DNA of 43,486 nucleotides from a virus: the UHGV virus genome UHGV-0213645; one strand, written 5' to 3'. Under the pieces are notes generated by a model. The model was not told the DNA's origin. It worked only from the letters and a program-made list of their open reading frames with translations, and did no database searches. Numbering within the stretch: position 1 is the first letter of the stretch; each line of letters starts with the position of its first letter. This document shows positions 36,327-43,486 of this stretch, in pieces. The position numbers were made by a program, and so were the translations under genes.

Positions 36327-36566
36327 TCAGCGGGTGCCGAAGTACTTTCTCGGGCTTGCATCATAATCATCGATCCATGCATCAAAAGCATTTGCATCGC
36401 GGCGCTCCAGCTCGTCCATCAGCCAGCCGCGGCCGATGGCGACCTCCTCGTTGATCGGCATTGCATCGAGTGTATCCCAATCGTTAAGGAGTTGCGACAT
36501 TGAGCGTCCCTCGAGCATCCGACGTGCTTTTTGGTTAATCTGTTCACGGGTGATGGACTTAGGCAT
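36327..36566 (-). CDS. Small hypothetical protein, anti-defence candidate
   Basis: 79 aa. AGGAGG RBS. RGWLMDELERR motif. In the leftward operon. Confidence 0.6.
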   Translation of the reverse strand: MPKSITREQINQKARRMLEGRSMSQLLNDWDTLDAMPINEEVAIGRGWLMDELERRDANAFDAWIDDYDASPRKYFGTR

Positions 36567-36603
36567 TTTTTCAATCCTCCTGGCCTTATGGCCTGTTTTT
36601 TAC

Positions 36604-36709
36604 TTGCCAGGCGGATTGCGCTATGCTATAATGTAGCTGCATCCTCTGGCTTTGGTAGGTTGGTGTGGTGCGCTGCCGTCTGCAAGCTGCAACTTGTAGG
36701 CGGCTTTTG
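36604..36709 (+). ncRNA. Putative ~70-nt antisense sRNA with own promoter and terminator
   Basis: TTGCCA-17-TATAAT with extended TG (36604-36632), then hairpin GCCGTCTGCAAG...CTTGTAGGCGGC-TTTT. Confidence 0.5.
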
Positions 36710-36712
36710 TAA

Positions 36713-36838
36713 TCAGTAGCAGGGGTTTGCCTTGCTCAGCTCCCATTCTTCGCCGTACTTAGCTTCATGGGCCTGCTCGTAGGCCGTAAAAAACTTCTGC
36801 TCGGTGCAGGGCGCGAGCTTGTCGTTGAGCTCCGCGCA
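36713..36838 (-). pseudogene. 5'-truncated AcrIC5-like anti-CRISPR remnant
   Basis: Reads CAELNDKLAPCTEQKFFTAYEQAHEAKYGEEWELSKANPCY*, resembling the AcrIC5 C-terminal pattern (EL....Q.F..AY..AH..K.GEE) as recalled. In-frame TAA TGA lie immediately upstream and there is no start codon. Confidence 0.6.
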
Positions 36839-36850
36839 TCATTATTCGCC

Positions 36851-37201
36851 TTAGTCTTCTTCATCTTCATGCATCCAATCGAAGGCGTCTTCATAATCTT
36901 CTTCGCATTCAATTAGCGGGAAATCGTCTCTTGTTGAGCGCCGCCAGTTGCCGCGATCCCATATGTACGGCAAAGCGTTATTTTTTGGCACGCGGATGCA
37001 TACGCCATCATCAGTGAGGATTCGTCCATGGCTTTCAACAGTTTCTACATCTTCGGCAAGGTAGATATAGGGCTTATACGGCTTGCCATCGCTATACCAC
37101 TCTGTAAATTGGTTCGCGATCATCTTCGCTTCGCGCAAAGTATCGCTTTCACCCCACCATGTGGTTTCGTATTCTCCCCCGATTACCTGATACTTTTTCA
37201 T
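36851..37201 (-). CDS. Small acidic protein, anti-CRISPR/anti-defence candidate
   Basis: 116 aa with a very acidic C-terminus (EEDYEDAFDWMHEDEED). AAGGAGG RBS. Directly downstream of the RHH gene. Confidence 0.6.
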   Translation of the reverse strand: MKKYQVIGGEYETTWWGESDTLREAKMIANQFTEWYSDGKPYKPYIYLAEDVETVESHGRILTDDGVCIRVPKNNALPYIWDRGNWRRSTRDDFPLIECEEDYEDAFDWMHEDEED

Positions 37202-37234
37202 GTTTTGGGGCCTCCTTATTCTTTGTCCTCTGTG

Positions 37235-37399
37235 TCAGGGGTCCTTGCTCTGGTTGCGTTCCGCGTCCTGCGCAATCAGCATGCGGATGTAGGCCGATCG
37301 GCTCATTCCGTAAGCTGCTGCGCGCTTGTCCAGGTAGTCCGATAGCTCGCGCGTCAGCACTACACAGGTCGTTGTCTTGTTTCCGTCCTTTTTCAGCAT
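37235..37399 (-). CDS. Ribbon-helix-helix (CopG-like) regulator, Aca-like (54 aa, not in ORF track)
   Basis: AAGGAGG RBS. TTTCVVLTRELSDYLDKRAAAYGMSRSAYIRMLI is a beta strand plus two helices with the G.SRS.YIR motif. Confidence 0.8.
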   Translation of the reverse strand: MLKKDGNKTTTCVVLTRELSDYLDKRAAAYGMSRSAYIRMLIAQDAERNQSKDP

Positions 37400-37478
37400 G
37401 ACGGCCCTCCTTTTTATCGTTGACTTTGGTCGTTGTGTGTGATAATATAGGGATGCGGAAGGCTTTGCTATTGGAGCC

Positions 37479-37607
37479 TTAGCGTTTGAGCACTACGATG
37501 ATGTCAGGCATCGTGGTGCTTTCTTCGTTTTCCGACGTTCTTTCGATCTTGACAGTCAATGTAATTGTCTGCCGGATCGTGATCGTCTCCGTTTCTTTTG
37601 CACGCAT
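37479..37607 (-). CDS. Leader small ORF (42 aa, not in ORF track)
   Basis: Perfect GGGAGGTG RBS. MRAKETETITIRQTITLTVKIERTSENEESTTMPDIIVVLKR. Confidence 0.5.
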   Translation of the reverse strand: MRAKETETITIRQTITLTVKIERTSENEESTTMPDIIVVLKR

Positions 37608-37702
37608 AGGCTTTCACCTCCCTTCCTGCGCTGTCCGCGCGGTTGGTAACGTGTCAGCCTATCCGCATCCCCGTGCTGTCGGTTTCCCTCAGGCACATTT
37701 AC

Positions 37703-37731
37703 ATTATATCACAGTTGTATAACCTTGTCAA
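37703..37731 (-). promoter_or_regulatory. Consensus sigma-A promoter of the leftward operon
   Basis: Minus strand TTGACA-aggttatacaactgTGa-TATAAT (17-bp spacer, extended -10). Confidence 0.88.
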
Positions 37732-38092
37732 TGCCTTTTGAAAAAAGTTTTTTGATTATTTTTCTTCTCTCATATCTTACGGCATGCATCAATGTGTGTC
37801 AATAGGGTTATACACTTTATTCGCGATATATCAAAATAGATTTTGCAACCCATGTGATACATAATAATGATGTTTTTGGATCTTTCACATGGGTATACCC
37901 TATTGATACACTTTTGCGTGCGTAGGCGCTGCGCGTGGGGCTTGTGCTGCTGTCTGGGCTATGTGGCGGCGCTTGCCCTACCCCCTGGGGTAGCCTACCC
38001 AGCAACCCACCCCAGGGGGAAAGCGGGGCCGGATGCTCCCCTTCGTAAGTCCCCCGAATTTCCGAAAAACAAAAAAGACTTTCGCAATCATA

Positions 38093-38121
38093 TTGACATA
38101 TCAAAATTATTATGATATACT
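38093..38121 (+). promoter_or_regulatory. Promoter of serine recombinase with overlapping palindrome
   Basis: TTGACA-17-TATACT, containing TATCA-N9-TGATA. Confidence 0.75.
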
Positions 38122-38157
38122 CAAATAGAACTGAGATGGCAGGAGGTGCAGAACGGG

Positions 38158-38724
38158 ATGAAAGTCGGGTATGTCCGAGTATCGACGGAAGAGCAGAACA
38201 CGGCGCGTCAGGATATTATGATGCGGAACCTGGGCGTAGAAAAGGTGTTTGTAGATAAATGCAGCGGGAAGAACACAGCCAGACCGGCGTTGAAGGAAAT
38301 GCTGAACTTCGTCCGGGAGGGAGACACGGTGATCGTCAGCGAGATCAGCAGGTTTGCGAGGAACACGAAGGATCTGCTTGGGCTGATTGACCAGTTGAAG
38401 GAAAAGGGCGTGCAGTTTGAATCTCAGAAAGAGAAGATCGACACGAACACGCCGACGGGGCAATTTATGCTGACGGTGTTTGCGGCGGTCAGTCAGCTTG
38501 AGAGGGATTATATCCTGGCCAGACAACGGGAAGGCATAGAAGCCAGGCGCGCCAGTGTCGGGTATCACGGCAGGCAGCCGATACAGATTGATGCGGACGC
38601 TTTTAAGCGCGAATACGATTTGTGGAAGGCTGGGCAGATCACTGCGGTTACGGCCATCCATCACTTGGGCGTTAGCGCCAGCACATTCTATCGCCGGGTA
38701 AAGGATTACGAGGGGCAGTCCTGA
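38158..38724 (+). CDS. Serine recombinase (resolvase/invertase family) with C-terminal HTH
   Basis: GYVRVST..Q...RQ, SG....RP, REGD, SRFAR, ER..I..RQREGI, GVSASTFYR. Confidence 0.93.
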   Translation: MKVGYVRVSTEEQNTARQDIMMRNLGVEKVFVDKCSGKNTARPALKEMLNFVREGDTVIVSEISRFARNTKDLLGLIDQLKEKGVQFESQKEKIDTNTPTGQFMLTVFAAVSQLERDYILARQREGIEARRASVGYHGRQPIQIDADAFKREYDLWKAGQITAVTAIHHLGVSASTFYRRVKDYEGQS

Positions 38725-38799
38725 TTGGAACCCCGATTGAAAGAGCGCATGTTTGCGATTGTATGATTGCATTCGTGCGCTTTTTTATTTGGGGGCACT

Positions 38800-40446
38800 A
38801 TGGATAAGCTGATTGAAGTAACGGATAAAAAGGTTTGCAAGCGTCCGGGAGATACGGGGGCGTGGGATGATCTGTTGGATGCGTTTGCAGCGCTTGACCA
38901 GGGCAAGGCAACGCCGGAAATCCACGCGCTGAACAGGGAACGCCGTGGCATGATACAAGCGCATATTATCAAGAATCAAAAGAATTTGGAGAAGATGGGG
39001 GCTTTTCACACCCTGCTCAAGAAGTCGCTGCTGATTGATGCGCGTGTCGATTTTGATGCTTATATGCAGTATGTCGAGTTTGAGCGTGATCCTGATAAAC
39101 GGTTTTATCTGCCGAGACGGCAAGCGCTGCGCCCTGTTGTGGAAGCGCTGCAGAAGCTCGAAAACGGAGATTTAGATCTGTTGGCAATCAGCCTCCCGCC
39201 TGGCGTTGGCAAGACAACGGTTGCTATCTTTTTCCTGACCTGGCTTGCCGGAAACTATCCGGATATGCCTATCCTGGGCGGTAGTCACTCCGATTCGATT
39301 ATGGGCGGGGTATACGATGAGTGTCTGCGTATTCTGCGCGGAAGCGGGGAATACATCTGGCACGAGGTCTTCCCGGAACTGCACATTAACAGCACCAATG
39401 CCAAGAACATGATGATCGACCTGGGCACGCCGAAACGCTTTGCCACGCTGGAATTTACGTCTGTCGGTGCAAAAAATGCCGGTCAATTTCGAGCCGAAAA
39501 GCTGCTATATTGCGATGACCTGTGCAGCGGCATTGAGGAAGCCATGAGCGCTGACCGGTTGGATAAGCTGTGGCAGTTGTATTCCACCGACTTGAAACAG
39601 CGCAAGATCGGCAACTGTGCGGAATTGCATATCGCGACTCGGTGGTCTGTCCGGGACGTGATCGGGCGCTTGGAAGATTTGTATGCGGGAGACCAGAAGA
39701 AGCAGTTTATCGCGCTGCCCGCCCTGAACGAGAACGACGAAAGCAATTTTGATTACGGCGCTACGTCCGCTGGGTTTAGCACTGAAAAGTACCATGATAT
39801 CAAATATACCATGGATGAAGTAAGTTGGCAGGCGTTGTATATGAATCAGCCGATTGAGCGCGAAGGATTGCTGTATCCAGAGGACGATCTTTTGCGTTAC
39901 TGCGATCTGCCTGCTGGGGAGCCTGATGCGATTATCGGAATTTGCGATACCAAGGATAAGGGCAAGGATTACGGTTTTATGCCCGCCGTGTATGCCTATG
40001 GCGACCAGTATTACCTTGTGGATTGTATATGCGACAACTCGAACCCGGAGGTGGTAGAATCTCGAATGACTGACTTTTTGTACCGAAACAAGGTGCAACT
40101 GTGCCGTTTTGAATCTAACAGCGCTGGCCGGTCTATTGCGGAGAAGATCCAGAAGGAAGTGAAGGCGCTGGGCGGGATCACCAGCATTACCCAGCGGTTT
40201 ACCACCGAAAACAAGGAAACAAAGATCATCGTCAATTCGCCGTTTGTAAAGCAGCATGTGTTGTTTAAGAGCAAGGGCTTATATGCTCCAAACAGCGACT
40301 ACGGCCGAATGATGCGCATGCTTTGTTCCTACACCATGGCGGGAAAGAATAAAAATGACGACGTTCCGGACGGTATGGCAATGCTGGCTATGTACTTGCA
40401 GTCCTTCACGAAGCAAAAGGTTGAAGTTTTTCGTCGCCCCTGTTGA
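38800..40446 (+). CDS. terL: Terminase large subunit
   Basis: LPPGVGKT Walker A, LLYCDD Walker B, ATRW...DVIG, YMNQP, C-terminal nuclease NDDVPD. Confidence 0.92.
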   Translation: MDKLIEVTDKKVCKRPGDTGAWDDLLDAFAALDQGKATPEIHALNRERRGMIQAHIIKNQKNLEKMGAFHTLLKKSLLIDARVDFDAYMQYVEFERDPDKRFYLPRRQALRPVVEALQKLENGDLDLLAISLPPGVGKTTVAIFFLTWLAGNYPDMPILGGSHSDSIMGGVYDECLRILRGSGEYIWHEVFPELHINSTNAKNMMIDLGTPKRFATLEFTSVGAKNAGQFRAEKLLYCDDLCSGIEEAMSADRLDKLWQLYSTDLKQRKIGNCAELHIATRWSVRDVIGRLEDLYAGDQKKQFIALPALNENDESNFDYGATSAGFSTEKYHDIKYTMDEVSWQALYMNQPIEREGLLYPEDDLLRYCDLPAGEPDAIIGICDTKDKGKDYGFMPAVYAYGDQYYLVDCICDNSNPEVVESRMTDFLYRNKVQLCRFESNSAGRSIAEKIQKEVKALGGITSITQRFTTENKETKIIVNSPFVKQHVLFKSKGLYAPNSDYGRMMRMLCSYTMAGKNKNDDVPDGMAMLAMYLQSFTKQKVEVFRRPC

Positions 40447-40471
40447 CAAATGGGAACACTTGTGCTATATT
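40443..40471 (+). promoter_or_regulatory. Sigma-A promoter upstream of portal, with degenerate LexA-like box
   Basis: TTGACA-17-TATATT with extended TG. GAAC-ACTT-GTGC in the spacer. Confidence 0.55.
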
Positions 40472-40574
40472 ATGAATGATAAATAGGCGTTATCGCCTTT
40501 TAGCGCATTTTTGCGAGATGTTAAGTCATCCGTGAAAGTGCGCTTTTTTGTATCGCTGGGAGGGTGGGAAGGAA

Positions 40575-42062
40575 ATGCTGCGCAGTTATCGCATGCTGGA
40601 TTCGTGCTTTGGCCGGATCAAGATTTTAACCAATGTCCGGCAGATCACGGCTATGAATATCTGCGACGTGCTCAGCGAGTGCCTGCCGGAACATGCGCGG
40701 AACGTTGACCGGGAATTTCTGCTGGACGCTTACAAGCGAGGCGATCAGCCGATCTTGCAGAAGGAAAAGACGGTCAGGCCGGAGATCAATAACAAGGTGG
40801 TAGAAAACCGGGCGCTTGAAATCGTGGAGTTTAAGACGGGGTATTTCCTCGGAGAGCCTGTTCAGTACGTGGCGCGAACCACGGAAAAGGATGAGGCCAA
40901 GGATACCGCGATTGTGGAGAACATCTCCAAGCTCAACGAGTACATGATGCTTGAGGACAAGCACACCAAGGATATTAACGTATCCGAGTGGGCGCACACT
41001 GTCGGCGTTGGCTGCCGCCTTGTTCTGCCTAACGGCGCATTTTCTGCCGATGATGCGGACAGCGCGCCCTTCCGGATCTATGACGTTCCCCCGCAGTCTG
41101 CGTTTGTTGTTTACTCCGCGTCCTATGGCAACGATCCTCTGATGGGCGTGCTTTGCACACAGGATGAGACCGGCCAGGACGTATACAGTTGCTACACGAA
41201 GGACAGCTTTTACACGGTATACGGGCAGGGGCCGACGAACCTTGTGTATATCGCCCAGGAAGCGAATCCTTTGGGTGAAATTCCGCTGATTGAGTATCCG
41301 CTGAACAATTCCCGTCTTGGCGCTTTCGAGCCTGTAATGCCCCTTCTGGACGCGATAAACGCGGTCAGCAGCGACCGTCTGGACGGCGTAGACCAGTTTG
41401 TGCAGTCCTTTATGAAGTTTATCAACTGCGATATCTCAGAGGATGACTTTGCGGCGCTCAAGCAGCTTGGGGCAATCAAGATCAAATCTGTGGATGGCAC
41501 GCAGGCGGATGTGGATATCATCACCAGCGAGTTAAACCAGACGCAGACGCAGACGCTCAAGGACGATTACTACGACGCGGTTTTGACCATCTGCGGCATG
41601 CCGAACCGCAACGGCGGCAGCAGCACCAGCGATACCGGCTCGGCTGTCACGATGCGCGACGGCTGGTCTGCGGCAGAGGAGCGCGCAAAGGCCACGGAGC
41701 GGCCATTTGTCAGGGCTGAACGGCAGTTCCTGCGCGTGGTGCTTAAGATCGTCCGCGACCTGACCGGCATGGATATCAAGCTGGGACAGATCGATATCAA
41801 GTTTACCCGCCGCAATTATGCAGACATCCAGACCAAAGCGCAGGTGCTTACTACCATGCTGGGAAGCGACAAGGTGCATCCGGAGCTTGCCTTTACCTAC
41901 TGCGGCATGTTCCCGGATCCCAGCGAAGCCTACCTGAAAAGCGAGCAGTACGCCAAGGATCAGCAGGAAAAGATGCTATATGAAATGGACAGGCTGCAAA
42001 CCCAGCAGCCGCAGGATGCGCGGGTAGAAGCCGACGCTGCGCAGGAGGTTACGGATGTATGA
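40575..42062 (+). CDS. Portal protein (SPP1 gp6-like)
   Basis: NNKVVEN...IVEFKTGYFLGEPVQY, IPLIEY..N..R.GAFE.V..L.DA motifs. Confidence 0.92.
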   Translation: MLRSYRMLDSCFGRIKILTNVRQITAMNICDVLSECLPEHARNVDREFLLDAYKRGDQPILQKEKTVRPEINNKVVENRALEIVEFKTGYFLGEPVQYVARTTEKDEAKDTAIVENISKLNEYMMLEDKHTKDINVSEWAHTVGVGCRLVLPNGAFSADDADSAPFRIYDVPPQSAFVVYSASYGNDPLMGVLCTQDETGQDVYSCYTKDSFYTVYGQGPTNLVYIAQEANPLGEIPLIEYPLNNSRLGAFEPVMPLLDAINAVSSDRLDGVDQFVQSFMKFINCDISEDDFAALKQLGAIKIKSVDGTQADVDIITSELNQTQTQTLKDDYYDAVLTICGMPNRNGGSSTSDTGSAVTMRDGWSAAEERAKATERPFVRAERQFLRVVLKIVRDLTGMDIKLGQIDIKFTRRNYADIQTKAQVLTTMLGSDKVHPELAFTYCGMFPDPSEAYLKSEQYAKDQQEKMLYEMDRLQTQQPQDARVEADAAQEVTDV

Positions 42063-42705
42063 GTACGCTGACCGGATACTTCGGCAGGCCAACCGCCTGA
42101 TTCGGGCAGCCTTTGCCAAGCGTCGAGCACTTAGCTTTGACCGGCTGAACGTGATGGCCGAAACCGCTGCCCTGTATGATGAGCTTGCGCAGATAAACTT
42201 GCAGCAGCTACGCAAAATCGCCCTGTATTATGCTTCCGACGAATCCGACAAGGAGCTAATGGAGGTCGATGCGCGCGGAATGCCGTCGAAAAAGACAAGC
42301 TTTGCGCGAATGAACGCGAAAGAGCGCGAACCGGATATCTCCTGGCTGCTCTGGTTTTTGGAGGAGGTTTACGACGTTACGGCCTACTCTTACAACGCCG
42401 AGGTCGCCCGCAAGCGTGACCGGCTGGCGGAGGCGCTGATTGGCACCAACGGCGCAAAGCACGAGTATGACAAGGCGCTGCTTTACTGGGCGCAAATGCT
42501 CGGCTGGTTTGCAATCGGCGTTGCGGATGAGGCTATCTTGCGCAAGTACGCTGAAAACGGCGTGCATCACGTCCGATGGAACACCATCCACGACGAGCGC
42601 CGGTGCAGCAAGTGCAAGGCGCTGTCCGGCAAGGTGTTCGCCATCGATAAGGTGCCGAAAAAGCCCCATCCTGGCTGCCGGTGCTATCTTACCCCCGTAA
42701 ATTAA
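42055..42705 (+). CDS. Minor head protein (SPP1 gp7 / Mu gpF-like)
   Basis: W....DERRCSKC..L.GKVF...P..PHPGCRC motif. Confidence 0.85.
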   Translation: MYEYADRILRQANRLIRAAFAKRRALSFDRLNVMAETAALYDELAQINLQQLRKIALYYASDESDKELMEVDARGMPSKKTSFARMNAKEREPDISWLLWFLEEVYDVTAYSYNAEVARKRDRLAEALIGTNGAKHEYDKALLYWAQMLGWFAIGVADEAILRKYAENGVHHVRWNTIHDERRCSKCKALSGKVFAIDKVPKKPHPGCRCYLTPVN

Positions 42706-42907
42706 CAGGGCAAAAGCCCGTTATGAGCGCAGTATTGCGATTTGGAGAAATATGTTTTTCCATTTTGCGATGCTGCGCCTTTTTGTATTTCCCCGCCTTG
42801 TGCGGTTGAAATAAATCGTGAGTGAACACGTTAAAACGCGACCGGGGAGAAAACCCCTTAAACAGCTTACAGCGGAGTGAACCGCTTACCAAACGCAGGA
42901 GGAAACC

Positions 42908-43468
42908 ATGCTGAAAGAAATGCTTGGGGATGCATACCGCCCCGAAATGACCCATGAGGAGCTGGATGCGGCGCTGTCTGCCGCCGGCATCACGTTTGAT
43001 GGCAACGAGCTTGAACGGCTCAAAAAGGCGCTCAGCAAGAGCAACTCTGAGGCCGCCGAATACAAGCGCCAGCTACGCGCCAAGCTGTCCGACGACGAAG
43101 CCAAGGCCCAGCAGGAGGCCGAGGAACGCAAGAAGATGCAGGACGACTACGAAGCGCTCAAGCGCGAAAACACCATCTTTAAAAATCGTGCAAGCCTGCT
43201 TGAACTGGGTTACGACGCAGCCCTTGCCCAGGATACCGCCGCCGCCATGTACGAGGGAGATACCGCCAAGGTGTTTGCATGCCAGAAAGCATTTTTGGAA
43301 GCGCAGGAAAAGCGGATTCGCGCCGATGTGCTCAAGGCCACCCCGGCACCTGCTGGCAGCGTGACCGAACCGCGAATCGATTATCAGGCGAAAATCAACG
43401 AAGCAATGGCCAGAAACGATATGGCCACCGCTGCGGCGCTGATGCGTGAGCAGCAGGAAAAGCGTTAA
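42908..43468 (+). CDS. Capsid scaffolding protein
   Basis: Coiled-coil, charged, immediately upstream of the capsid gene across the circular junction. AGGAGG RBS. Confidence 0.8.
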   Translation: MLKEMLGDAYRPEMTHEELDAALSAAGITFDGNELERLKKALSKSNSEAAEYKRQLRAKLSDDEAKAQQEAEERKKMQDDYEALKRENTIFKNRASLLELGYDAALAQDTAAAMYEGDTAKVFACQKAFLEAQEKRIRADVLKATPAPAGSVTEPRIDYQAKINEAMARNDMATAAALMREQQEKR

Positions 43469-43486
43469 TCAAAGGAGTGATTTTTA

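Noticed and set aside
38158..38724. Tail-fibre shufflon/invertase system
   Set aside because: The recombinase is far from the tail genes, and no inverted fibre cassettes or flanking inverted sites were seen there.

Overview
The window looks like a complete, circularly permuted ~43.5 kb temperate siphovirus genome, probably of a Clostridia-class (Bacillota) host (inferred from gene families, Shine-Dalgarno usage and a Bacillota-type LexA box). The last bases (AAAGGAGTGATTTTTA) are a ribosome-binding site that joins onto the capsid ATG at position 1. Module order: capsid, head-tail and tail genes with a -1 frameshifted chaperone pair (1-13.6 kb); lysis genes; an accessory cassette; attP duplicating the 3' part of tRNA-Ser(GCT); tyrosine integrase; immunity region (LexA-boxed promoter, Mrr-like nuclease, CI-like repressor); early, recombination and replication genes with tRNA-Thr and a likely origin; terminase small subunit; a leftward accessory operon; serine recombinase; terminase large subunit, portal, minor head protein and scaffold. 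The most notable signal links two distant loci. (1) At 14786-14944 there is a stand-alone promoter / type I-C-like CRISPR repeat / 33-nt spacer / partial repeat / terminator unit, with no cas genes in the genome. (2) At 35442-37731 there is a candidate anti-CRISPR operon (strong promoter, RHH regulator, small acidic ORFs, truncated AcrIC5-like remnant). The spacer matches the first ORF of that operon at 21/25 nt, and three of the four internal mismatches fall at spacer positions 6, 12 and 24, the register type I Cascade leaves unpaired. However, spacer positions 1-3 mismatch and there is no TTC PAM. All family assignments come from motif recognition by eye, not database searches.
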